A DNA stretch of 64,000 bases, taken from assembly GCA_965206595.1 (NCBI GenBank), contig OZ242214.1, positions 1,696,001 to 1,760,000 of the forward strand, given 5' to 3'. Shown piece by piece: positions 30,192-39,672 of this stretch. The position numbers and the translations under genes were made by a program. This stretch comes from Candidatus Latescibacterota bacterium (GTDB taxonomy: Bacteria > Latescibacterota > UBA2968 > UBA8231). The first letter of the stretch is position 1; every line of letters starts with the position of its first letter. A model generated the notes under the pieces. That model was not told where the DNA came from. It was given only the letters and a program-made list of their open reading frames with translations, and made no database searches.

Positions 30192-32405
30192 TCAGCTCTC
30201 ACGCAGGGCGACGACGATATCTCTCAGTACCCGGGGGTCCGACAGCACGGCGCGATGGCGCTCGGGCAACCATAGCTTCCAACCACCGGAATAGGCCCTG
30301 TGCCGGCCTCCTGCGAACAGGGCGGACGCAGGAGAAACCACCGGATCTCCATTGATTCGAAAGCTGACCACGCGATCGGCCATCTTGGGGAATTCGGGGT
30401 TTTCGAGAAAGCTGCTGTCTGGAGCGAGGTCGGCAAGAAGCCGCGGAAACCTGCTGCGCGGCCATTTTGAAACGGCAGCCACCCACGTTCCTCGAAACGG
30501 AGTCGCCAGCGCGAAAACGCGGCTGCGGTTGTTTTCCCGGGCGTGACGAATCGCGACCAGGCCCCCGAGGCTGTGTCCGACGTAATCAGCTTCGGTACCC
30601 GGCTGTTCCGGTACCTGCGCGACGAGCTCCGCCAACGGCTTGTCCCGGTTCAAGTGCGGGAAAATCACCTGCGTGTCGGTGTTGGAGAAGCAGCGATGCA
30701 ATGTGTCGAGAAACGGTTTCCAGCGCAGTGGGCTGCTGTCGTACCCGTGTAGGAGGACGAGTGGTCGGGCAAGAGGTCGGGGGTCAGCGGCGAACCTAGC
30801 CAGCTCCCTCCGGGCGCGACCCCTGTCAATCCCGTGCCGTATCCGGGCAACTGCAGCCATAATGGCCAGTCCGATCGCGCATAGGAGCAACAGGATATCC
30901 CCGTGGCGAACGTAGAAGGTCGCGGGGACGGGTTGCGGCAGGCCGACGGCAATGGCCGTCGTTTCGAACAGGTTTGTAGCCGCCAGCACCCTGCCGCTGG
31001 GGGCGACGGCCCCCGAGATTCCGGTGTTGGCAGCCCGCACCATGGGTAACCCGCATTCCACCGCTCGCACCGCGGCCATGGCCATGTGCTGGTACGGTGC
31101 GGAGGTGTGGCCGAACCAAGCATCGTTGGTGGTGTTGATCAGCAGGTTCGCATTGTTCAGCGCCAGGGTTCGAGTGATTTCCGGGAAGATCGACTCGTAG
31201 CAGATGAAGACGCCGAGGCGAAGATCCCCGTCCGGCAGCCCGATGACGCGATGCGAGTCCCCGCGGGTGAAACGACCGCTTTCGGCGGTGAGCTGATCGA
31301 GGTATGAGAAAAGTTGCGGGAGCGGCAGGTATTCGCCGAATGGCACCAGGTGGACCTTGTCGGCGAAGTCGACGAGTTCTCCCCTCCGATCCATCAGGAA
31401 GGCGCGATTGTAAATAGGATGACCGGCGACTCCACTACGGCCTTCGAGGCTGCCTACCAGTATCGGGGTGTCCAGTTGGCGGGCCAATCCGGCGACTCGC
31501 TCCCTGTACTCCTCGTAAACCGGGTCGGTCAGGTAGTAGGGAAGGGCGGTCTCCGGGAAAACGATCAGGTCGTATTCTTCGCCGGAGTTCTCCGCCATGA
31601 ATTCGCGCGTCAGCTCGATGTAGTGGTCGGTGGTGCGACGCTTCCGGTCGGCCTTCCACTTTGCGTCTTGGGGGATGCTGCCTTGGATGACAGCCACCCG
31701 GAACAGTTCTGCGGCTGTAGGTTCGTTCGGGACCGTTGCCAGCCGATGATGGCCGTACGCCACGATGCCCACCATCGCTATCAGGACCGGACCTGAACAG
31801 AACAGGAGTCGTCGGGGCACCAGGATGGCCTGAGCCGCAGTGGCATTTACCAGGACTACGGCGAAACTGAGACCGTAGATTCCCGTGACGGATGCGAACT
31901 GCAACAAGGGGAGGTTCTGATGCTGGGAATACCCTATCTGCTGCCAGGGAAATCCGGTGAGGATCCAGGACTGGGCCCAGTCGAGTAGAACCCAGACCGA
32001 CGCCGCCAGCCAGCTGAAGAAGGGACTTCTCGACGGCAAAGACCGGCATATGAGGAAGAAGAGGGCCGGATAGAGGGCAAGGTAGAGAATGAGAGCAGCG
32101 GTCGATGCCAGCGCCTGCATCTGGTTCAGTCCGCCGTAGTTCGCCAGCGTTTCTGCAATCCAATAGATGCGACCAACACCAGCTGCGATGCCGCATCCCA
32201 GGCCGACCAGGAATATCTGGCCCGCGCCGAGTGGAATGTTTCGTCTCAAGCCGCACAGAAACGCCGGCACGAGGCAGACCCATGCGAGGAGGCCGATGTC
32301 GATGGATGGGATACTCAGGGAGTAGAGCGTCCCCGAAAATCCCCCGGAAAGAAGAAGAGTCGGGAGTCCCCGGCCGCGCAGCCAGCGGACGCCCTTCCTC
32401 CTCAC
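30192..32405 (-). CDS. lnt: Apolipoprotein N-acyltransferase fused to a C-terminal alpha/beta-hydrolase (lipase-like) domain
   Basis: GFPW, VIQGSI, FPET, KVHLVPFGEY, ICYE, TNDAWFG, RAANTGIS; then LLHGY, GHSLGG, GDPVV, RH. Confidence 0.92.
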   Translation of the reverse strand: MRRKGVRWLRGRGLPTLLLSGGFSGTLYSLSIPSIDIGLLAWVCLVPAFLCGLRRNIPLGAGQIFLVGLGCGIAAGVGRIYWIAETLANYGGLNQMQALASTAALILYLALYPALFFLICRSLPSRSPFFSWLAASVWVLLDWAQSWILTGFPWQQIGYSQHQNLPLLQFASVTGIYGLSFAVVLVNATAAQAILVPRRLLFCSGPVLIAMVGIVAYGHHRLATVPNEPTAAELFRVAVIQGSIPQDAKWKADRKRRTTDHYIELTREFMAENSGEEYDLIVFPETALPYYLTDPVYEEYRERVAGLARQLDTPILVGSLEGRSGVAGHPIYNRAFLMDRRGELVDFADKVHLVPFGEYLPLPQLFSYLDQLTAESGRFTRGDSHRVIGLPDGDLRLGVFICYESIFPEITRTLALNNANLLINTTNDAWFGHTSAPYQHMAMAAVRAVECGLPMVRAANTGISGAVAPSGRVLAATNLFETTAIAVGLPQPVPATFYVRHGDILLLLCAIGLAIMAAVARIRHGIDRGRARRELARFAADPRPLARPLVLLHGYDSSPLRWKPFLDTLHRCFSNTDTQVIFPHLNRDKPLAELVAQVPEQPGTEADYVGHSLGGLVAIRHARENNRSRVFALATPFRGTWVAAVSKWPRSRFPRLLADLAPDSSFLENPEFPKMADRVVSFRINGDPVVSPASALFAGGRHRAYSGGWKLWLPERHRAVLSDPRVLRDIVVALRES

Positions 32406-32728
32406 GACTCCATGTATTCGATTATGGGAGTACGGATTTTTTCCAAGGCGGAGCGCTCCAGGGCGGCGACGGCTTTCCTGTGCATCTGCAGCTTGGAAGC
32501 GACCTGTCCCGGGGACTTCTTGTGTTGAAAGCGCAACTCGACGACTTGAAGCTCGTCCCGAGTCAGCTCTCCGAGCGCCTGCATGACCTGCTGGCGCAAC
32601 TCCTGGCTCTCGACGCGGTCGAGAGGGGTCTCAGGCAGGAATTCGGCCAGAAACCGTTCGTCCAGGCCGACGCGTTGGGGCTTCCCCACACTTGCTGTAT
32701 GGTCGGTGATGCGGCGGAAACGGCTCAT
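32402..32728 (-). CDS. Stand-alone sigma-70 region-4 (HTH) protein
   Basis: ALGELTRDELQVVELRF..KSPGQVASKL..VAALERSALEKIR; no region 2; 4-bp overlap with lnt. Confidence 0.75.
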   Translation of the reverse strand: MSRFRRITDHTASVGKPQRVGLDERFLAEFLPETPLDRVESQELRQQVMQALGELTRDELQVVELRFQHKKSPGQVASKLQMHRKAVAALERSALEKIRTPIIEYMES

Positions 32729-32770
32729 TGGCTATGAAACTCGCGCAAGGGAACGGTCTTTCTCGCAAGC

Positions 32771-32808
32771 AGTTGTGGGGGAAGTCTTGAGTTGTGGGGA
32801 AGTCTTGA
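32771..32808. repeat. Near-perfect 19/18-bp tandem repeat AGTTGTGGGG(G)AAGTCTTG x2
   Basis: Read directly; lies just upstream of the sigma4 gene. Confidence 0.85.
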
Positions 32809-32809
32809 A

Positions 32810-32846
32810 ATAAATAGGGAGTCGACGGCAAAGCCGACGACTCCCT
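32810..32846 (-). terminator. Intrinsic terminator downstream of the tRNA
   Basis: Stem AGGGAGTCG..GGC/GCC..CGACTCCCT followed by ATTTATTT on the minus strand. Confidence 0.75.
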
Positions 32847-32850
32847 AAGA

Positions 32851-32927
<77 letters not shown>

Positions 32928-32937
32928 ACACGACTAA

Positions 32938-32966
32938 AATATACTCGACGGGGAATCGGGATGCAA
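32938..32966 (-). promoter_or_regulatory. Sigma70-type promoter of the tRNA
   Basis: TTGCAT-17bp-TATATT about 10 bp upstream of the tRNA. Confidence 0.6.
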
Positions 32967-33014
32967 CAGGTCGTTGGTCGACAGTTCATCGCTTACCGGT
33001 GCGGTAACGGTCCC

Positions 33015-34325
33015 CTATTGCTCCTGGGCCTCGCCTGCTATCGGCATCCGTTTCAATTGCACTTGGGCGATTCGCTGTCCTTCCACTTTGAGGATCTCGA
33101 TGTCGAAGCCCGGAATCCGTACGGTCTGCCCCTCGTCAGGCACTTCCCCGAGATGATCGTAGATGAACCCCCCAAGGGTGTCGAAACCGTCGCTGGGAAG
33201 ATCGCTTTCAAGGATCTCGTTAAGCTCGTCGATGTTGATTCTCGGGTTAACGACCAGGATATCGCCGGGACGCCACTCAAACAGGGCTTCCTCGGCATCG
33301 TATTCGTCTTGCAGCTCACCCACGATCTCTTCGACCAGGTCTTCGGTGGTGACCAATCCGGCGGTCCCGCCGTATTCGTCGACGACGATGGCCAGGCGCG
33401 TTCGTGCGGCGCGCAGGTCGCGGAGCAACTCGTCGATCTTTTTTGTTTCGGGGATGTAGTACGGCTCATGGGCAAACGGCAAGGGGTTCGCCCCCTCGCC
33501 CTCCTCTGCCATCAGCTCAGCAACCGACATCTCCATGCCAATATCGCGGCGGTGAACGAGCATCCGCAGAAGGTCCTTCGCATAGACGATTCCCCGAATT
33601 TTATCCAGCGATTCTTCGAATACGGGCACCCTCGAATGACCCTTGTTTTCGATCACGCGAAGGAGGTCACCCAGTGAAGAGGAGATATCCAGAGAGGTGA
33701 TATCGACCCGGGGAACCATTACCTCGCGGACCACCCGATCATGGAAGCCGAACACTCCCTGAATCATGTCGCGCTCGGTTTCCTCCAACACCCCCGTCTC
33801 CTGTTCTGAGTCGACGATGTTTCTCAGCTCCGCCTCGCGGGCTTCCTTGAAATTCTCTTGAGAAGCATCGCTGCGCGCGACCCGTTCTACAAGCCGGGCT
33901 GGAACGCAGAGCAGGTGAATGGGTGCGAAGAGCAACGCCAGGCTCGGAATCCTCGCCTCCTCGCCATCCTCTTCGAAACGCACCCTGCGAGCCAGGCCGG
34001 CGAGCAATGCGACCGCTACCGATGCGATTCCCCCGGAAATGGCGGCAGCAAGTTTCGGAAATGAGAACGACAACAGGAAATGCGTGATCGACACGGAAAG
34101 AATTACGACCCCGAGGGTCTGACCGATCCTTGCCATGAGGTGGAGCAGGTGCCTGGACTCGTGGATGCGAAGCATGGTAGCGGCCCGGGGTACCCCATTC
34201 TCATGCATGCGCTCGAGGGATGATCTTGAGAGGGAAGTGAAGGTCGCCTCGTAAGAGGCCAAGGCAAAGAGCCCTATTGAGGCAAGGACAAACAGTAATA
34301 ACTCAGCTATTTGCGGGGGTTCCAA
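33015..34325 (-). CDS. HlyC/CorC (CNNM-CBS-CorC) family protein
   Basis: N-terminal TMs, VREVMVPR, HSRVPV, VVDEYGGTAGLVTTEDLVEEIVGELQDEYD, TLGG. Confidence 0.93.
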   Translation of the reverse strand: MEPPQIAELLLFVLASIGLFALASYEATFTSLSRSSLERMHENGVPRAATMLRIHESRHLLHLMARIGQTLGVVILSVSITHFLLSFSFPKLAAAISGGIASVAVALLAGLARRVRFEEDGEEARIPSLALLFAPIHLLCVPARLVERVARSDASQENFKEAREAELRNIVDSEQETGVLEETERDMIQGVFGFHDRVVREVMVPRVDITSLDISSSLGDLLRVIENKGHSRVPVFEESLDKIRGIVYAKDLLRMLVHRRDIGMEMSVAELMAEEGEGANPLPFAHEPYYIPETKKIDELLRDLRAARTRLAIVVDEYGGTAGLVTTEDLVEEIVGELQDEYDAEEALFEWRPGDILVVNPRINIDELNEILESDLPSDGFDTLGGFIYDHLGEVPDEGQTVRIPGFDIEILKVEGQRIAQVQLKRMPIAGEAQEQ

Positions 34326-34334
34326 AAAAGCGGG

Positions 34335-34817
34335 CTACTCCTTTCGCGCAACACTGCCGGCCAGGACAGTCTGGGGGGTTGGGCTTGTGAACGAATCTGT
34401 TTCTGACTCCATGAAAGCCAACCTTTTGGGAGTATCGTGATCAAAACCGGCAATATGGAGGAGGGCGTGAACCATCAGGCGACCGATCTCCTCGAGCTCC
34501 CCGACGCCCATGTCGGCAGCCTGGGAGGCAGCGCGCTCTTTCGAAATGTAGATTTCTCCGCGTACTCCTCCAATCGTCGTAGGCATCTCAGGAGATTCAT
34601 CGCTTGCGGAGTAGTCGAAGGACAACACGTCGGTGGTGCGGTCGATTCCCCGAAACGTCGAATTGAGCCGGCGAAGCTGGCTGTCATCGGATAAAATCAG
34701 GTCGATATCGCCACTGATTCGGTGACGGTCCATCACCCGCCCGGCCACCTGTTCAAGGTAGGATCGAGCCGAAGTGGCGAACTCAGGTTCGTCGCACCAG
34801 CACAGGACTTTCAGCAT
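34335..34817 (-). CDS. ybeY: rRNA maturation endoribonuclease YbeY
   Basis: LNSTFRG..TDVLSF, GEIYIS, HALLHIAGFDH. Confidence 0.93.
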   Translation of the reverse strand: MLKVLCWCDEPEFATSARSYLEQVAGRVMDRHRISGDIDLILSDDSQLRRLNSTFRGIDRTTDVLSFDYSASDESPEMPTTIGGVRGEIYISKERAASQAADMGVGELEEIGRLMVHALLHIAGFDHDTPKRLAFMESETDSFTSPTPQTVLAGSVARKE

Positions 34818-37080
34818 CCTTTTTTTCCTTGAGGCCGCCCTTTTTCTGCCACGGATACTCCAGACGGCCGTGCATGGTTCCCATCAGAACCGGAATGAAA
34901 CTCTCCTCGATGCGGTGAAGATCTCTCAGGGTGAGCGGACATTCATCCAGCTCTCCACTTGTGAATTTTTGTTGAATGATATTCCGAACAAGTTGCCGCA
35001 CGCGGTCCGGGGTGCGTTCGCTCAGGGTGCGAGCCGCCGATTCCACCGAGTCGGCCAGCATCAGAATGCCAGCTTCCCTGGTCTGGGGTTTCGGCCCGTC
35101 GTAGCGATAGTCGTCCCGTCGGACGTTCTCGACTCCGAGCTCGACGGCACGTGTGTAGAAGTACTCCTGCACTGTGGTCCCGTGATGTTGAGGAATGAGA
35201 TCGATCAGGGCCTTGGGTAGCCCGTGCTCCTGCGCCAGCTCGATTCCGTCTTTCACGTGGGAGTCGATGATCAGCATGCTCATGCTGGGGGTCAAATGAT
35301 CGTGAGGGTTGCGGCCGCCCTGTAGACCTTGATTCTCTGTGAAGTATTCCGGCTTCAGCATTTTTCCTATGTCGTGGTAGTAACACCCTACGCGCGCAAG
35401 AAGCGGATTGGCGCCAATCGACTGCCCCGCAGCTTCGGAAAGGTTTGCCATGACCAAGCTGTGGGTGTACGTGCCTGGCGCACGGATGGCCAGATCGCGC
35501 AGCAAGGGTCGATTGAGGTCAGACAGCTCGAGAAGGGTTATGTCGGTCGTGATGTGAAACAGGCTCTCGAAGATGGGGAGCAGGCCTTGGATTACAATTG
35601 GCGCTGACAAGCCTGTGATAACACCGGGCAGTACGTGACCGTAGATCTCTTCATAGGGAACAAACCGCAGCAGATCGGTGGCCGCTATCAGAAGACAGTA
35701 CGATGCCGGAAGCAATATCATGGCGCGATAGAACTGATTCCGGTGGCGGACGTGCCTGACCGCGTGGACGGAGACGGCCGACGTTAGAGAAAAGACCAGG
35801 GTGACGTAGAAATCTCCAAACAAGCTGCCGATGAATAGCGCGAGCAGAAACGAGACCACGAGCCCGACCTGTGAGCTCAACAGGATGGTCATCAGCATGG
35901 CGGCCAAGGGAGTAGGCACGAAATAGGTCTGGATTTCGTTGGCGTGGATGTAGGCGGCGACAGCCGCAGTCGCCATGGCGATCAACGCCAACAGCGTCAG
36001 GTGTGCGGCACTTGCGTAAATCTGAGGCTCACGGGTCGCCAGGTAATAACCGAAAGTCAACAGCAGAAATGCAGCGATCACGGCAGCCGAGATGCTCTGC
36101 AAGTATCGGGTTGTCGGGTGTTTCAGCTCCTCGCTCGTAAACTGCTGGGCCAGCGCCTCCAGTGCTTCGACATGGACCGCCTCAACCTTCTGGTTCTTGT
36201 CGATAATCATCTCGTCGCGGAGATAACGGCGCTTGATACTGGCAACACTGCGGCGCGCCTCCTCCCGAAGGCGGCTCGTTTCGCTCTGGTCGACACTCAG
36301 GTTGGGGTAAACGAACAAAGTCAGAAGCTCCTGAACGGCTTCAGCAACGCCGCGTTCCTCGAACGCCTGGTACGCCTCGATCAGCGACATGAGCTGCCCG
36401 CGCTTCAGATCATTCTCGTTGTGCAGCATTTCTATTGAGAATGGCGTCCCGTCGATGCGAACCTGAGCAGTGACAGCGACGATATCTCCCTGTTTACTGG
36501 CGATGACCCCATTGGAATACAGGTCGGTCAACAACTGAACCCAGGTGTGCTGCAGGAGATCGAGGGAGTCCGCCGCAGTCGATGAGATCAGGAATATCAG
36601 CTGCTTGAGAGAGGTCTCCGAAAGCAAGGGTACAATGCCCGGCAGCTCCCTTTGCAGGCGACGATACTTGAGCGATTCGGGCATCTGCATGCGGCTGTTG
36701 GGCACCAGCACGGCCAACACCGAGTCGAAGCGGGACAGTTGCCGCTTCTTTACCTCTTCATGAAGCTGCAACACGGTCGGCACTGTCTTTTCGGCTGCGC
36801 TGCGCTCGATTTTCAGCTCTTCGTCACTCTTGCGGACAAGAAACAGGAACGGGGCGTTTATGCGCTCCGGGGCTACGCTGCCCTCCCGTAGCTCGCTGAT
36901 TCCGTGCGGTCGCTGGAACGGGGAGAGATAGGTCAGCAGACCGACCACGGCGATAGCGAGCACGATGCGAAACAGCCGCATCCCACGCGAGCCGGATTGT
37001 GTGCCTGCTCCTGACCGCGAGCGGGCAGTCGAGCCCGTGGTACGCGCCCGCCAGCGTCGGAAGGTCGAAAAGAGATTCAA
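34783..37080 (-). CDS. 7TM-HD phosphohydrolase (PgpH/YqfF-like, putative c-di-AMP phosphodiesterase)
   Basis: Extracytoplasmic domain, 7 TMs, APGTYTHS, YYHDIGK, FTENQ, QHHGT, MLADSVESA. Confidence 0.92.
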   Translation of the reverse strand: MNLFSTFRRWRARTTGSTARSRSGAGTQSGSRGMRLFRIVLAIAVVGLLTYLSPFQRPHGISELREGSVAPERINAPFLFLVRKSDEELKIERSAAEKTVPTVLQLHEEVKKRQLSRFDSVLAVLVPNSRMQMPESLKYRRLQRELPGIVPLLSETSLKQLIFLISSTAADSLDLLQHTWVQLLTDLYSNGVIASKQGDIVAVTAQVRIDGTPFSIEMLHNENDLKRGQLMSLIEAYQAFEERGVAEAVQELLTLFVYPNLSVDQSETSRLREEARRSVASIKRRYLRDEMIIDKNQKVEAVHVEALEALAQQFTSEELKHPTTRYLQSISAAVIAAFLLLTFGYYLATREPQIYASAAHLTLLALIAMATAAVAAYIHANEIQTYFVPTPLAAMLMTILLSSQVGLVVSFLLALFIGSLFGDFYVTLVFSLTSAVSVHAVRHVRHRNQFYRAMILLPASYCLLIAATDLLRFVPYEEIYGHVLPGVITGLSAPIVIQGLLPIFESLFHITTDITLLELSDLNRPLLRDLAIRAPGTYTHSLVMANLSEAAGQSIGANPLLARVGCYYHDIGKMLKPEYFTENQGLQGGRNPHDHLTPSMSMLIIDSHVKDGIELAQEHGLPKALIDLIPQHHGTTVQEYFYTRAVELGVENVRRDDYRYDGPKPQTREAGILMLADSVESAARTLSERTPDRVRQLVRNIIQQKFTSGELDECPLTLRDLHRIEESFIPVLMGTMHGRLEYPWQKKGGLKEKKDAESPVLVRRT

Positions 37081-37115
37081 GGTGGTTTTCCCGGTCTTCG
37101 GGTCCTCGTTATCCC

Positions 37116-38093
37116 TTAACGGCAGTCCGAATCAAAGCTTTTGTCGTGGATATCGTAAGCCTTGATGATCCGTTGGACCAGTGGATTACGAACGACATCG
37201 CGTTCGGTCAGGTTAACGAATGCCAAGCCAGTTACGCAGGACAGGATTCGGCGCGCTTCGACGAGACCGGATGGCTGGGAACCAGGCAGGTCCGTTTGGG
37301 TGATATCACCAGTTACCACTGCTTTGGAGTGTGCGCCCATTCTCGTCAGAAACATCTTCATCTGAGAAGCCGTCGTGTTCTGAGCTTCGTCGAGGATGAT
37401 GAAAGCGTCGTTGAGCGTACGTCCCCGCATGAAGGCCAGTGGAGCCACCTCCACGAGCTTCATGCTTTGGAAGCGCGAGAGACGTTCCGGCTCCAGCAGA
37501 TCCTGAAGAGCATCGTAGAGAGGCCTCAGGTATGGGTCGACTTTCTCTTCGAGGGCTCCAGGAAGAAACCCCAGACTTTCCCCTGCTTCGACGGCGGGCC
37601 GGGCAAGCACGATGCGTGAAACGCGTTTTTCGCGAAGCGCGGCGACGGCGGCAGCAACTGCAAGGTAGGTCTTGCCGGTGCCCGCAGGACCAATCGCAAA
37701 AACAACATCGTGGCACTCGACAGCCTTCAAGTAGCGCGCCTGTCCAACGGTACGGGCGGCTACGGTTCTCCTGTACGTCTTGATTACGCCGTTGTCCTCG
37801 ATTTCCGGAAGGGGAGGATAGTTGCCCGGGTCGATCTGATCTTGGTCGAGAATGGATTTTACTTCCTCCTCGCTCAAGTGCGGGTTCCTTCGGATTGATT
37901 CGACGACATACCCAAGCAACCCGGATACGTGCTCGACCGATTCTCGTGGACCGTTGAGGTGGAGGTGGTCTCCTCGTGCAACAATCTTGACGCGGTAGTT
38001 GCGCTCGATCGAATCGAGATGCTCATCATTTCTGCCGAAAAGAACTAAGGGGTTTATATCGGCAAGGGAGATTGACTTTTTCAGCGTTTCCAA
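37116..38093 (-). CDS. phoH: PhoH-family ATPase
   Basis: GPAGTGKT, RPAVEAGESLGFLPG, LAFMRGRTL, ILDEAQN, GDITQTDL. Confidence 0.95.
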   Translation of the reverse strand: METLKKSISLADINPLVLFGRNDEHLDSIERNYRVKIVARGDHLHLNGPRESVEHVSGLLGYVVESIRRNPHLSEEEVKSILDQDQIDPGNYPPLPEIEDNGVIKTYRRTVAARTVGQARYLKAVECHDVVFAIGPAGTGKTYLAVAAAVAALREKRVSRIVLARPAVEAGESLGFLPGALEEKVDPYLRPLYDALQDLLEPERLSRFQSMKLVEVAPLAFMRGRTLNDAFIILDEAQNTTASQMKMFLTRMGAHSKAVVTGDITQTDLPGSQPSGLVEARRILSCVTGLAFVNLTERDVVRNPLVQRIIKAYDIHDKSFDSDCR

Positions 38094-38238
38094 GCAGGTG
38101 GCGAAGGGGGTGGGCCGCCAATACGAGAGGATTGTTGCAGGGTTGTTACTCTCGGAGAGACTGAGAACAAATACACGAAGGGGTCCGAGCACCTGTCTCC
38201 AAGTTTGCTCGAACCCCCTTGAGATGAGAACGTCAGGA

Positions 38239-38277
38239 CGCGGTCAATCGCTCTGCAATCCGCGGTCAATCGCCCTG
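38239..38277. promoter_or_regulatory. 11-bp-period direct repeats upstream of phoH (candidate operator)
   Basis: CGCGGTCAATC GCTCTGCAATC CGCGGTCAATC GCCCTG. Confidence 0.45.
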
Positions 38278-38300
38278 GAGAGAAAGGATGAAATGAAAAA

Positions 38301-39113
38301 TCAGTTTGCAGGAACCTCCAGAACCTGGGCTGGGAAAATGATATTCGGCTCGACGATCTGTTCCATATTGGCCTTGTAGATCTTGTGCCACATGGTTGCG
38401 TCGTTGTACACCGCAGCCGCGATCTTCGAGAGAAAATCACCACGTGTGACGAGGTAGTGACCTTCGGAAACACCAAACGGAACCGAAAGCTTCTGTTTTG
38501 GATAAATCATGTCTGGATCGCTTATCTGTTCCGTGTTTGCGCGGTAGATCCGGGGCCACATGTACGGGTCTCCATAAATCGTCTCGTCCGCCGAGATGGC
38601 CCAAAGGTTATCCCCCTTTTCAACCTCGTAAACAATCGAGACGACATCGCGGATCTGGAGATCGGTAATGAGGGTGCCGAGGCGGAGAATCTTTTCGGCC
38701 ATTTCAGGTATGGCGCTGATCTTGCTGGTTTTCAATTGCTCAACCTGAGCGAAGACATCCTTGACTTCCCCTTGATGTCGCACAAGCTCTTCCGGGGCCA
38801 AGGCGGTCAAGCCTTCCAGTTGGCGAAGGAGGAGATCGAGAGTGTTTCCAAAATTACTGATCTCGGCAGCTGTCGCACCTACCAGAATATGAATATCGGC
38901 AATTATCCCAGTGATCTCGCCATCGAGTGCGGCGATCTGTTGATTCAGCGCGGCAATCTCGGCATCCAGCTGTGCAATCTGTGAGTTCGCGGCTTCCTGT
39001 CGCTGCTGATAGTCGACCATTTGGGCCTTGTACTCCTCGCGGGTCATTTTGTCTTGTGCGAAAGCAGTCCCCGCAGACAGGATTAGGACAACGGCCAGCA
39101 TTCTCTTCGTCAT
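38301..39113 (-). CDS. Secreted coiled-coil protein with two LysM domains
   Basis: Signal peptide AFA-Q, heptad repeats, YEVEKGDNLWAIS and YLVTRGDFLSKIA. Confidence 0.9.
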   Translation of the reverse strand: MTKRMLAVVLILSAGTAFAQDKMTREEYKAQMVDYQQRQEAANSQIAQLDAEIAALNQQIAALDGEITGIIADIHILVGATAAEISNFGNTLDLLLRQLEGLTALAPEELVRHQGEVKDVFAQVEQLKTSKISAIPEMAEKILRLGTLITDLQIRDVVSIVYEVEKGDNLWAISADETIYGDPYMWPRIYRANTEQISDPDMIYPKQKLSVPFGVSEGHYLVTRGDFLSKIAAAVYNDATMWHKIYKANMEQIVEPNIIFPAQVLEVPAN

Positions 39114-39206
39114 CTCGTAACCTTTCAATCCAAAATCGTTAGGTCGATTTCCAAAGATAGTGGTGCATGTGTCATTAACAACTCACGCTGAGTAAGGTCG
39201 GCGGCG

Positions 39207-39497
39207 TTATTCGCCAGACATCCCAGCCAGCGCTTCGGCTGTACCGTCCCTCTTTTCCTCCAGAGCCTTCTTTTCAGCCTTTTTCTCTGCCAACTGACGC
39301 TCCCGCTCGGCTTTTTCTGCCTTTTTCTGGGTGACCTGCTGCTCGGCTGCCTCCGTTGCCTGACGATTCTCTTCCAGCACGCCCAACTCCTTCTGAGAAG
39401 GGCCGCGTGCACATCCTGCAAAAAGGGAAAGGGAAAGTGTCAGGGCGGCAAGGACGAAAAGAGCACTTGATTTTCGGAGATTGTAGGAAGTCATCAA
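39207..39497 (-). CDS. Small coiled-coil lipoprotein
   Basis: LFAGC lipobox followed by a charged coiled coil. Confidence 0.8.
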   Translation of the reverse strand: MMTSYNLRKSSALFVLAALTLSLSLFAGCARGPSQKELGVLEENRQATEAAEQQVTQKKAEKAERERQLAEKKAEKKALEEKRDGTAEALAGMSGE

Positions 39498-39555
39498 TTA
39501 TTCTCCAGATCAGCTCGAGAGGGCGCTGACATTGCTGGTGGTTAATGCTCGCCAC

Positions 39556-39584
39556 AAGGTAAAAACGTCCAATGGGGATGTCAA
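39556..39584 (-). promoter_or_regulatory. Sigma70 promoter of the lipoprotein-LysM genes
   Basis: TTGACA-17bp-TACCTT. Confidence 0.65.
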
Positions 39585-39672
39585 GTCAAGACTGGAGGAA
39601 TTACTGTTCTTACAAAGGGTTACGGCGATCCGAGGGGATGGTTGAGACCCTGGTGAACCCTGTTTTTCCAGA

